63,953 bases of DNA, filler included, from Hydrolagus affinis (GCA_012026655.1; 5 parts of 5 records of this genome joined end to end with filler, not necessarily neighbours in it), one strand, 5' to 3'; positions 26,881-38,810 are shown, counted from the whole stretch's first letter. Notes: generated from the letters alone by a model not told the origin. Translations and numbers: made by a program.

Positions 26881-27336
26881 ATGAAACCAAGTTACCAAGC
26901 AACGTGTAGTATTTTTAATTTCATGCTGTCGCTCTTCTGTAAGTAGAGTGTGATTTTGCAAAAAGACATGCTTGTTTGCTGTTAAATAATTATAAGTTTT
27001 GTTGGAGATATTTTCCGAATTTCCTTCCAAGAATGTTCATGTCTATTCCCCAGGTGTCTTGGCTGAAAGCGAAGTGTCACAGAGACCTCAGGCACTGACA
27101 GAGAATGAAAATGGAAATGTACATATAGAGTGCAACATCACTGTGTACAATCCAACTTTTCATTGGTATAAACAGTATAGAAACGGCTCCATAGGGTTAT
27201 TGGCGTTGGGAAAAAGGGAGGTAAAGGCGGAGGAGAGGATAAGTGCTTTGGCTGATTCAAAAGAGAAGAGCAGCACACTGACAATCAGAGACGTGCGAGT
27301 GATAGACACCGCCACTTACTTCTGTGCAGCAGAGAG
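26881..27336 (+). CDS. TCR V segment, family A copy 2
   Basis: Leader 26881-26938. V exon 27054-27336 (..IEC..WYKQ..DTATYFCAAES). RSS cacagtg 27337, 23 bp, acaaaaaca 27367-27375. Confidence 0.92.
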
Positions 27337-28516
27337 CACAGTGCTGCGTGTCTAAGAGGAGGCTGTACAAAAACATGCTGAGATTGCTGTAGCTCAATGA
27401 TTAAAGTACTCGTTTCACAAACGATAAGTCTGATGGTTCGTATCCCAGCAGGCTAAAAACTCGGCCATTGTTTTATAACACCACACGCTTCTGAGCACAT
27501 AGGAGTAAATAGCAATCCGGTTACTAATCTAATAGTGGATGGCTTTTTCTCGCGTCATAATTTCTAATTAAAATGATCACTTCAATCCACGAAATTTTGT
27601 GAGACACTGCTCTGCGCAGTTATGTGCCGCATTTATCCCATAACATAGACAGTAAACTTAAAGCACAGTACAACAAGGGAAGCGCTCCTCGATGTCTCAA
27701 GGACGTGGTAAGGCACTATATCAAACGGATAGATTATTAGCATTATTGTCTGTTTGCCGAAGTGTGAGTAGGGCCCCATTTAATTGTCAATTAGCATGTC
27801 GCCTTTTCCAGGATTTGAATCCATTAAAGAAACAATATCACTCGATTGTCAACCAATCATACAAAGCAGCATTGTCCCACAGACAGAAGTGTTTTGAGTT
27901 ACTTATTTAACAAGAGAATGATGCCCCTGGAAAGAAAACAGTAATTAATAATAATAATAATTCTTGCAATTGATAGAGCGCTTTTCGCATGTTACCGAGG
28001 TCTTAAAGCGCTTCACATAATATAATGTAAAGTGAACTGACTGTATATTTATGGGCGAAACGCGGCTGCCAGACCCACGAACAATCGTGGATTGACCGCC
28101 AATTTTATTATTGTGGTGATTTTATTAGCACGGATTTTCATTAGGCGTGTGTGTGGTGTAAGGAAACTTGTCCGAGCTTTCGCCCTGATCTGCCAGGATT
28201 CGATCACACACTTGAAAGGTGAGTGCTCGGAACACCGAGTTAAAGCACGGAGTTAAAGCCTCTCGAACTCAAGAATTGAATAATAACCATATTCTGCATG
28301 TCAGACACCCGGTGGATCAAAGACATATCAGTGATGGCAGAGAACCAATGGAGGAAAGAGATGGCAGAGCAGAGAAGATGACGCACATTGACAGAGACAC
28401 AAGGATTGTACATAAACCTCAGACCAGCTCCCTCTATGTCATTTAGTGTTCAGCTCTCCTCACGGTATATTACATTCTCCAACTAAACCATCAGCGCTCT
28501 TTACATATACACGGCA

Positions 28517-29355
28517 ATGTATATATATGTGGCAGCAGCCATCGTTGCCTTGTCAGGTAAGCCACACACTCATTCTATAGTCAGTCAACTGCACTTATTA
28601 TCCAGCCGGTGTTTATTGCATAACATAATGAATACAGAACAAGCCTTATAGAGTTGTCACAATCGAGAATATCTGGGTTCTTCACAACCGGGACAGGGCG
28701 AAACATTAGGCAAGTTTAGTCACTCATCACTCATTGCTGTGAAAACTGACAAGTAATTTTGAACATGGTCCATTGGCCAATTGCTTTATTGGGGGATATT
28801 ATCTGTCAGTATGTGATACTGCTAATGATAATACAAATGCTCAATCCACGACTGTTTGTGTAACATTTTTGTGTAAAAATGTCTGCTACATTACGACCGT
28901 AAATTAAACAGACACAATGCATTACATTATATTCAGTATAGTAGGCGTTAGTCATCGCGAAGACGCAATATGTAGTTTTGTAATATGCCTCCATTACTAT
29001 TGTTATTCGTGTTACTTTACTGAACGCTGACATGTGGCTGATTTCCAGGACATTGTGGAGGAGACTCTGTGGCACAGCACCAATCTACCGTGAAAGTGAA
29101 GGAAGGGGAGGATGTATATCTGAGGTGTAGTTACACAACCACAAGTAACACTCCCAATCTGTTTTGGTACCGCCATTATCCCAACACAGCTCCAGAATAT
29201 ATCCTTTGGACGTCCACTAGCAACAGACCACAATATGCCGACTTTACCGACAAACGATTCTCAACGATAGTGGATAAAGTGGGAAGAACTGTCCCTTTAA
29301 ATATAACCCAAGTGAGAGTTACAGACTCGGCGGTTTATTACTGTGCACTGAGCCC
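28517..29355 (+). CDS. TCR V segment, family B copy 2
   Basis: Leader 28517-28556. V exon 29049-29355 (..LRC..WYRHYP..DSAVYYCALSP). RSS cacagag 29356, 23 bp, acaaaaact 29386-29394. Confidence 0.92.
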
Positions 29356-29924
29356 CACAGAGACTCAGATCAGCGCTACCGCACTACAAAAACTGACAAG
29401 TGTAGTCCTGTAGCTCAGTGTTTAGAGCACTCATATCGCTAGCGATGAACCTAGGTCCAATTCCATGGAGAACGAAACTTCGGTGAAGTTTTCTTAAACT
29501 ACACCCTGTCTACTCAGCAGTAAGTTCGAGCCCGTTTATTATTTGATTACTGCATTGCTTTTCCATTGGTATTAATTACTTCAAATTATATGATATGGCG
29601 CTGAATCGAATGCGAGGATTAATATGAGTATAAAACATAATCATGTTATTGTCACTAACATAACTTCAAAAGTCCTGCTTTCTTGGGCTGTTCGATGGAC
29701 ACTTCAGTGAATAAACAGCATTCACAATGCTTTGCTTGACATCTATGGATTAGAGGATACAACAGATCTGGATGTGCAGTTACAACAGGTTCAATCAATG
29801 GTTCGGAAAAGAGCACACACTGAAGACATGATTGTGTTCTTGCTTGCGGCAATAAGAATTGAGGACAAAGTTTATTATTGATGCAACAAAAATAAAAACG
29901 CTGATTGTTTTTCACTTCTCATCC

Positions 29925-30420
29925 AGTTTTCGAATTCAACGTCCTCCTCCACAACTTCAAGGCCATTCACGGCATTGCCACGCCCACGATGCACCCCCTT
30001 GCCTCCTCTACCCCCCCAATCTCCGACCTGCTGTCCTCGTATGAACCTCCACGACCCCTCCGTTCAGCGGGCTCCGATATGCTCCATGTCCTACGCCTGA
30101 CCCTCCCTATCATCGTTGGACGGGCTTTCTTCCACTACACTCTGGAACTCCGTCACAGTCCCTAGGCCAGGTTATCTCCCTCGCCTCCTTGAAGGCCAGT
30201 CTCAAGTCCCTCCTCTTCGACTGTCCTCCCGACTCTTCCCCTTTGTTCCTAACACCCGCCCTCCAGTCTTACCTCTCTCACGCCCCTCCGCACTACTCTG
30301 CCCTCTGCATTGCTCAATTTCCGAGCTTACTGCTCAGTGTCTTCGACGTGAACAAGAGAAAACAAATTGTAGTTACATAGCGCCTGTCACGTCGGGAGGA
30401 CGTCCCAAATGTGATTCTAT
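29925..30420 (+). mobile_element. L2-type LINE 3' fragment
   Basis: cgaattcaac..ttcaaggccattcacggc..cctcctctacc.. followed by tail-like sequence. Confidence 0.7.
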
Positions 30421-30800
30421 TGTTGATGTAGTAGTAAATACAGTGTTTTGTGACATCATCCCAAAATGAATGGTGCCACACACATGTAACTATTGTGCTG
30501 CTGTCATGTAAACGGTGAATGGCAGCTCAAGGTCAAGCAAAATATATTCAACTTTTCCAGGATCAGAGCGAGGAATAGCATCAAAGTGGAGAAGCAATGG
30601 TTAGGAATATGTCACAGTAAGAGACTGTGAATGAGAATGAATTCGAGTGTCCCATTAAAGCACAGACAATACGAGGAAAAAGCAAGTAAAAGGGACTAAG
30701 CTATTAATTTCCATTGGAGACAATGGGTCCAGGAACGTTAAGAAGGGCCCCCAAAAAAACACTTGCTTTTAAATTATGCTCATGCAGTAGCTACAGTCCA

Positions 30801-30814
30801 CCAGCAGATGGCAG
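30801..30814 (+). promoter_or_regulatory. CTCF core-motif match with upstream TGCAG module
   Basis: CCAGCAGATGGCAG is an exact match; TGCAGTAG lies 18 bp upstream (30783). Confidence 0.6.
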
Positions 30815-31781
30815 ACAACACACACATATAACATCATCTGCAATTGACATGGCTTGCCACGTTCCATTCTGTGTCAATCTATCTTGACAGCTATAACAAG
30901 TGCTTCCTATTACAGTCCACATTGGTTACATCCTAAGTATTATTGCTGCTTCTGCTAAAATGTTCAAAGGTTTGTCTAAACCTTAACCATGACAATCGCA
31001 AGGCTTAGTTTGCTCGAAAAGTAATGGGGATGTCATATATTCATGTTATTGTCTTTCTCCAACATAAGCATCCGCCTTCCAGCGGANNNNNNNNNNNNNN
31101 NNNNNNNNNNNNNNNNNNNNNNNNNNNNNNTTAATTAATTAANNNNNNNNNNNNNNNNNNNNNNNNNNNNNNNNNNNNNNNNNNNNACTGTCGCTCTGTG
31201 TCTGTATGTGTCTCTCTCTCTGTATGTCGGTGTGTTTCTGACTATCGAATTCTAAATTATTATTTGTTTTTGGGGGCGGGGTGGTAAACAGGAGCATAAG
31301 GAATCCACAGACAGCCCGGTATGACATTGTGCTCTGAGGCTGACAAGAGTGAAATGTGAGCCACAACCCCTCACACACACTGAACAAACCAGAAGAGACA
31401 TGGCTGTTGGCAGGTGGCATTTGTGCATTTTTCGGAGAAGCGGTTGCACGTAATCGCGCGTCTCCTGTTTCTTCGAAACCTAACCAGAACTATCCGCCAT
31501 TCAATAGCAGGTGATTGGAAGCATAACGCGTTTCCGTTCAGTAACGGTTTCGATTGAGAGAATCTCTGATTAACATTTCCTTTACCAGAGAGAGATGAAG
31601 TGAGGTCCGCTTCGGCAGCTGATGTTCCGCAATTAATTTCCACAGACAATAATGGGTGAAAACACGTACCGATGAATGTTGAAGGTACAAATCACTGCCG
31701 TACAATTCAGGACGCAGTTGGAGACCGAATAACAGTGCGCTACCTAACGCAGAACTTGGTGATCCCAAATATACGACAGCC

Positions 31782-32506
31782 ATGTATATTCTGAATGTGT
31801 GCGTTGTGATGGGGACATTGTTTACAGGTATGCCAAATGGGAAACACTGTTGGGTTTCTTGTGATTAACAGGAGTTCTGTGTAGCTGAGTGGATAGAGCG
31901 CTTGCCTTACGAGCGTGAGACCCAGGTTCGAATCCGGGTAGGGCGTAAGCTTAGCCAAGATTTCCTACTCCATGCGCCTAATGATATTCGCTTAACAAAA
32001 AAATTGTTCGTTCAAATCCACGATTGTTTGCGGCATACTCTTGTTCGCAATTGGCTGCCGCGTTTCGCCCACATATATACAGTCGTTCTAGCTCACAGTA
32101 TGTTCAGAGAAGCGGTTTGAGACGTTAGCAGATGTATCATTGGGAAACCTGCAGGCTGATGGAATCGTTTTGTTTCCTGTGCATTTGCGCGAAGATCTCT
32201 GCCACCAAGATACCGTGGCCATGAAATTCTCTTCGGTGTCTGGGCGAGAAGGAGACACTGCGTCTGTGGAATGCGCCTATTCTACTCACAACAAATCTTA
32301 CATCATATGTTGGTACCGTCAAGGCGCCCAGGGTATTCCAGAGTTTATCGTTTGGAAATACTCAGGAGGGAATGAAGTCAAAGCCCCTTTCGCCAAGTCC
32401 CGTTTCTCTTTGGTGTTGCCCACATCAAAGACAATCATGTTGATGGTCAGTGAGCTGCAGGTCACTGACTCTCTGAAGTATTACTGTGCACTGCGGATCC
32501 CACACA
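31782..32506 (+). CDS. TCR delta-like V segment (family D)
   Basis: Leader 31782-31827 (MYILNVCVVMGTLFT, donor gtatgc). V exon 32195-32506 (..VECAYS..CWYRQ..DSLKYYCALRIPH). RSS cacagtg 32507, 23 bp, acaaaaact 32537-32545. Confidence 0.85.
31874..32130 (+). mobile_element. tRNA-derived SINE in the family D leader intron
   Basis: tagctgagtggatagagc ... ggttcgaatcc plus the same conserved body. Confidence 0.75.
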
Positions 32507-33704
32507 CACAGTGACAGACAGTAACCACGGCCTTGTACAAAAACTACCCTAGTTCAGCAGCTGGGAATATCCCGTGAAGATTTGGTGGATTAATGTCTCC
32601 TATAGACCACTGATCAACACCATTCGTGCGTTTGAAATAGCGCTTTTCGCTTCTTCCCAGACTGTTTCCCAAAGTGCATCACGGACTAACCTGTAAAGTG
32701 AGTATTTATGAAAATTGGAGCTCCTGTATTTCATTGACTAGAGCTATCGCCTTTCCGGCGAGAGATATGTGCTCGAATCCAGGCAGATCAGGGCGAAACA
32801 TTGAGCAATTTTCCTCAATCCATACGATTAATAATAATCCGTCTCCAAAAAAACAAACTAATCAAGTAGGTCATTTTCAACCCACGACTATTTGTGGGAA
32901 CGCTTCTGTGCGCAATTGGCTACAGCGTTTCTCCCACAACTATATAGAATAACGATGGTTGAGATCGCGCTTTTCACGACCTCTAATCGTCGCAAGCGCT
33001 CGATACATTAGACTGGAAAATGGGTCAACTTTATATATATGGGGGAAACGCGACAGCAACATGCACTCCGCATTGTGCCACAGACAGTTATGCATTTAAC
33101 TGAGATTTTATTTTGCAACCAACGTACAAATTTTTTGCCTTTTGCTGATACTTAAAATTACTGTTTAATAAATCTTCACAATCAATTTTAAAAGCTTCCT
33201 CATAAAAATTACAGGCAGTCATTAATAATTATTACTAGTATCAATAACGACAACAAAATGACATTTGTAGAACGCCTTTCACGTCGGGAGGACGTCCCAA
33301 GGCTCTGAACAGTTAGGGCAGAACCCGAGCGAGGGTGGGGTGTGAAGGATCGGGTTAGCTGCAGGGCAAAGAGAGTAGGAAAGGGAAGAATTAGGAGGGC
33401 AGCAGGATGCATGGTCGAAGAGGAAGGTCTGGAGTGTCATCTATAAATGAACCTATGAGATATGTTGAAGTGCGCAAATCTCACAGTTGAGTAACACGAG
33501 GATGAGCATTGATTATACTGCACATAATTATAATAATTATTTAGAGAAGGCAAGTTTGCAGGGCTATTGTGGAGAAAGATAGTGTTTGCGGGAGAGCGGG
33601 GTGCACTTGCTAAAGCCCTTTTGGAAGAGCCTGAACATACAGGATGGATAGGATGGCCTTCTGTGTTCCTTAAACGTATTATGCTACGGTTGATTTTGCT
33701 GTAG

Positions 33705-34025
33705 GTCTGGTTTATCAGGAGGTCACACAGACCCCAGCCAGCCTGACCAGGGAGGAGTGTCAGTCAGCCGTGATCATCTGCCATCTCAGCCGCCAACTGG
33801 ACGCCAAGTCCTGGTTCCGACAGTATCCGGGGAAAGAGCCGGAGCTCCTGCCCATTCAGGGCCGCTTTGAGGAATTTGTCTATACATCAGTGGGGAGATT
33901 CACCCTGAAAATCCTATCCCTGAGAAGAGAAGACAGCGCCAGCTACTGGTGCCGGGCTTGGTTCCAACAGTCTCTTGATATGAAGTACAGCGATGGGGCC
34001 GGCTCCGTTTTGACTGTCACTGAGG
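33705..34025 (+). CDS. Germline-joined IgNAR-like VJ exon (candidate NAR-TCR N-terminal domain)
   Basis: 321 nt open exon, phase 1 to phase 1 (ctgtAG ... G|gtaagt): LVYQEVTQTPASLTREECQSAVIICHLSRQLDAKSWFRQYPGKEPELLPIQGRFEEFVYTSVGRFTLKILSLRREDSASYWCRAWFQQSLDMKYSDGAGSVLTVTE. Trp-to-Cys span is 47 aa (54 and 60 in families A and B). No RSS. J motif DGAGSVLTV is fused in frame. Confidence 0.82.
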
Positions 34026-34329
34026 GTAAGTCAACACCACAGCTCATTGTGCCACCATGGACTCTACTACAGTAATGTAATCTTCCGACACTTCTCCCTC
34101 TTCCACCCACCTACACACTCACACTCATAGCTCACATGCAGCAAATGTTGCTCACTGGTTAGAGAACTCACCTCAGAAGCGTGAAACCTGTGTTCCAATC
34201 CAGGCAGGTCAGGGTGAAAACTTAGGCAAATTTCATTACCACACACACTTGTTAATATTCCATCCTAATAAACCACAATGATAAAACATCAGTTAAATAA
34301 TGAACCTAGCATTTGGTATAGGAATATTC

Positions 34330-34612
34330 ACATCATATCGACGTCTCAAACCAGTTCACAGAATACACTGTGAAGTCAGTTGACTATATTTGTGGGTGAA
34401 AGGTAGCAGGAAATTGCGCACAGCAGCGCTCCCCATAATCAGTCGTGGATTGAAATTACCAAATTTCTTAGTGTGTTTTTTGAGGGGAGGGATTATTATT
34501 AGGCTTGTGGAGTAAGTAAATTTGCCCAGGATTTCGTCCTGATCTGCCTGGATTCGAACACAGATCTCACGCTTGTAAGGCGAGTGCTCTATCCACTGAG
34601 CTACAGAGCGCT
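34330..34612 (-). mobile_element. tRNA-derived SINE (reverse)
   Basis: Minus strand tagctcagtggatagagc..tgttcgaatcc plus body. Confidence 0.75.
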
Positions 34613-35016
34613 TCACTGCATATACACAGCATATAATACAGACAAGCTTACCTTACTCAAGCTTAAATTGCTAGACACTATAGGGATGTTTTTTCTCTTT
34701 GCTATCAACACCTAAAAATGGCAAATCTACACACTGCAACATGTGAGAGTCAGTGACTGGTTGAACAGGAAACCACAGTAACTGAAACTGACAGGTGCGA
34801 GGATGTATGTAACTGCCAGTAAACTTGGTAAGAGCATATAAGGAAGAAACTTTTACACAGAGAGAACAACAAATACATTTTCCAGATATTGGATTTGAAC
34901 ACTTAAACTTACTTTTGTCTCAGAGGCGAGAGAGGTACATAGAGACGCAGACACAGGTTGGATGGGTATATCTTTTTCAGTGATATACGGATGTAACTTG
35001 CTTCTCTGTCCTTCAG

Positions 35017-35327
35017 ACATTAGACTTTCAGTGTCCCAGGAGCCGGATCAGGAGACTTATGTGGCGGACAATGAGTTAACTATAACCTGTAGCTTCTCCA
35101 CACGGTTTGAAGTTCCAATCACTGTTCATTGGGACCTTCAGTACCAGGACAGCAGCCAATCATTCTGCTGCAAACAGGGAATCATAGGTGTGAGAAACAG
35201 AGAGATGTCTTCTCTGGAGGTCACTTTTCCGGCTCTTTGGAAACCGCTGATTGTATCAGCCGATTAACCATCTCTCGGCAGCGAGTGGCAGACTCAGCAG
35301 TGTATTACTGCGCTCTGCGGCTGGCCT
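35017..35327 (+). pseudogene. Leaderless TCR V segment with a 1-nt frameshift (supporting-V-like)
   Basis: Acceptor cttctctgtccttcAG. TITCSFS..VHW, then a shift at ~35139-35141 into VPGQQP..DSAVYYCALRLA. RSS cacagtg 35328, 23 bp, acataaacc 35358-35366. No leader exon found upstream. Confidence 0.8.
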
Positions 35328-36045
35328 CACAGTGACAGGGAGCTCAGTGACACTCACACATAAACCTAAAGGCATCAGGTTTCCTCTCTTGATCGTCAAT
35401 TTCAATCCACGCAATTCAACACAGCAGCACTCAATAACTTTTGCTACACCCGATCAGTTGGACAGTATCTTGGAGTCTTATAGATTAGTGGTTAGAGCAT
35501 TCGACTTACAATCGTGAGACGTGTGCTCGAATCCAGGCAGATGAGGGTAAAACCATGGGCAGCTTTCCTTTCTCCAACCACATATAATAATAAACCCTCC
35601 AAAATAAACACACATAATAAAATTGTACATTTCATCCCAAGGCTGTTTGTGGGGGACGATGTTGTGCGCATTGGCCAACCGTGTTTCACCCACAAATATA
35701 CCGTTAATTCGTATTACAGTTCATCCTGTGAAGCGTTTCGAGACGTCGATATGACGTGAAAAGCGCTATAGCAAATGCACGGATTATTATTATCCTGGAG
35801 TCCTGTGGCCTAGTGGTTAGAGCACTCGCCTCACAAGAGTGAGACCTGTGTTCGAATCCAGCCGAAACGTTGGGATAGTTAGCACTCGGTTGAAGCGCCT
35901 CATGAAAAAAACAACAACAACATGACGTGTGTAGAGCAACTTTCATGTTGGAAGTTCGGTCTCGAAACAGATTCAGTTTTCCACAGAAACGGCGAAATAA
36001 ATTGCGTTGCCTCCATTGCTAACTGAGAAACCCTTCCACACGCAG

Positions 36046-36355
36046 GAACGAACCGAAGATGTACCGTGTCTCTGCAGCCTATCGCGTCCCCAGAAGGGAG
36101 GGTGACAGGCTTACAGTGTAATTACTCAACACACTGCACCGGAGACATCAGTGTTCACTGGTTCCGCCAGAGGCCGGGACAGGCGCCCGCCTGCCTGCTG
36201 TGGAAACGGACATCGGGAGCTGAAGACCGAGGACCAGACACCGGCGATCACATCTCTGTCTCGCTGGACACTGGTGAAAAGACCAGCCGTTTGACCTTCT
36301 CACACCAGCAAGAGACAGACTCGGCCGTCTATCACTGCGCCCTTGTGGCTGCTTC
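36046..36355 (+). CDS. Leaderless TCR V segment with CDR1 cysteine (NAR-TCR supporting V-delta-like)
   Basis: Branch-point-like ctaac 36019, acceptor acgcAG. Open frame GTNRRCTVSLQPIASPEGRVTGLQCNYSTHCTGDISVHWFRQRPGQAPACLL..DSAVYHCALVAAS. RSS cactgtg 36356, 23 bp, acaaaaacc 36386-36394. Confidence 0.8.
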
Positions 36356-37543
36356 CACTGTGATGGAGAATGCGCTGGGACTCGCACAAAAACCTTGTAC
36401 CTGGAGGAAATTGTGTGTGGGGAGGGGGTGGGGGGGTTGGGGGGAAGAAGTTGGAGACGATCAGATCAACGTCGTGAGGGGAAGCGAGGTGGGTAGATTG
36501 TTCAGTCCTGTAGCTCCGTGGTTGAAACACTCGCCTTGCAAGAGTGAGACATGAGATTCGAATCCAAGCAGGTCAGGGCGACACCTCGCGCAAGTTTCCT
36601 CCCTCCACTCGCCGAATAATGATCCGTCCAAAAGAAAAACTTGGAATAAATTGATAATTTCAATCCAAATTGACTGGCGTGTTTCACACATAAATATACA
36701 TTAAATTAATTATACACAACATTGTTTTGAACGGTTTTGAGAACCTGGAAGTGGCATTCCGCCCACAATAATACAGAGCAATCCACTTTACGTTCCATTC
36801 TGTGCTGAGATTTTAGACGTCTCGCCTACTTGACCTCATGCTATTTCAAGGAAATTGATTGCTATTATTTCATAGGTAGCATACGTCGTGCAGATAGTAC
36901 CTTTTCGTCTACTACGACGTCTGTTGGTACCGAGATTATAGAGACATGAAGCCAGATTTGGTGGTACAAATTTGACCATAGATCAGGAAGCATCTATGGA
37001 GATACAGTTCAGTGGTTAGAGCACAAGCCGTACGATAGAGAGACCTTTGGTCAGGCATATCAGGGCGCAACCTTGGGCAAGTTTCCATACTCCACACGTC
37101 TAAATAATAATCTCTCCAAAACAAAACAATAATAGAATCATAAAATAATATTTTTTTATTAATAATAAAAAGCAATAAATAAATCAGCGACTGTTTGTGA
37201 CACACTGTTCAGCGCTATTGGCTGCCGCGTTTCACCCTCAAATGTATGGAATTGTGAACTATCCGTTCATGTTATACTTTGTTCTGTGAAGCTTCTTCGA
37301 GATGCGCAGAATACGGGAAAGTACCGCATCACATGCAAATATTATTACAATTATTTTCAAAATATACTGGCGGGCTTCCAACCACAAACAATGTAGGCTG
37401 AGACACAGGCTGATAGGCGCTGATGGTTGGCGGTGGGGGAAGGTGGGCAAGGGAATTTAATTATTACGCCCCACCTCCACCCAAACCGCCAAGTCCAGAC
37501 AATTGGGTATATTGACTTGAAAGGCTGCAGCACACGCACAATT

Positions 37544-37557
37544 CCAGTAGGTGGCGA
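37544..37557 (+). promoter_or_regulatory. CTCF core-motif match with upstream TGCAG module
   Basis: CCAGTAGGTGGCGA (13/14); TGCAG lies 18 bp upstream (37526). Confidence 0.55.
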
Positions 37558-38761
37558 TGCTGCTCTGTAATGACAATAAACTACCGTTGCTGACATCGGA
37601 ATTACATCTCCAGCCGTTTTCACTTCATGAACGCCTACGTTTTCCAGAATAATAAAAAACAAACACTATGTATTTGTGTAGCCCTGGAAACGGTACCTGA
37701 AGCGTTTCCTCAGTATTGTGTTATGATATACATTACACATACATTTTAATTGCTGATCATGTCAATGAACGTTTCTTATTGAACGACATGAACTTTATGA
37801 TGTTTAGATTAAAAAGTATTAACTTCGAAACACATTGTTTGCGGGACACTGTTGTGTGCAATTCTCTGCTGCGTTTCGCCCTAAATGTTCCATTCATTTC
37901 ACTTAATAGTGCCATAAGCGAAGCTCCCAGCAGACCCACGGAAAGATGAGAAAAACATCAAATCAAAAGCAAGGAGTATTATTGTTAATATTCTGCATTG
38001 CCTCGGGTTTAGTTATCACAATCAAATGCTAGGACCCGTCAAGCAGGTACATCAATTATCGTTGTCTACATCTCTACTGATGTTGTTATTCAGTTGAGGA
38101 ATGCATTCATTCACTTTCAGTCGCCGTGTGTTCAACTTACAAACGAAAACCTGCAGTGCCACTTTCCTGCCGCAGGATGGCGCAGTTGCTCTATGTAACT
38201 GCCACACTTGATAATGTTGAGGGGAAAGGAGCTGATCTCGCTATCTTTGACCTGGAACTCGCTGAAACAACGTTGGAATCCAAGCAGCAAAATTATCACT
38301 TGTCGTTTAGTTTCACCATCAACAATAACTTGTTCTCATGTAGCACGTCTCACCATTAGCGTCCTAGAGCGCTTGACATGTTAACCTATTTCCCACACAA
38401 AAAATCACAGTAGTTCTGGGAAGTGCTTCGAGTCGATTTCATGATGCACCATAGTCATCTATAATCGTTCCTACTACTAATGAAATTGGTGTACAATTAC
38501 CAATATTTTAACCTCACCGAACAATCATACAATTATTAATAGTTAATCTGTTGACACTTTCAAGTGAATTGACTGTATATATTGAAAGAGAAACACACGA
38601 GGCAAATTCGCGTCTTAGTGTCCCACTATCAGTCGTGGATTGACTCGAGTTACAAATATTAATATAATGATTCTAATATATAAAAAAAGCAGTCGAAAAA
38701 GCAGGATCCTTCTTACTATTACCTAGTAATAATTACTATTAATATTACATAAACTCGGGCT

Positions 38762-38810
38762 TGTGTGTGTATGTGTGTGTGTGTATGTGTGTGTGTGAAT
38801 GCGTGTGTGT
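38762..38810. repeat. (TG)n microsatellite
   Basis: Read directly. Confidence 0.85.

Larger units (their letters stand above)
22129..27400 (+). repeat. Segmental duplication unit (B-C-A V trio), paralogous to 48076-53420
   Basis: Same gene order and long matching intergenic sequence at an offset of ~26 kb. Confidence 0.85.

Noticed and set aside
34759-34794. J-like stretch (QETTVTETD|gt) between the NAR exon and the next V
   Set aside because: No FGxG/GxG motif and no upstream 12-RSS; not supportable as a J segment.
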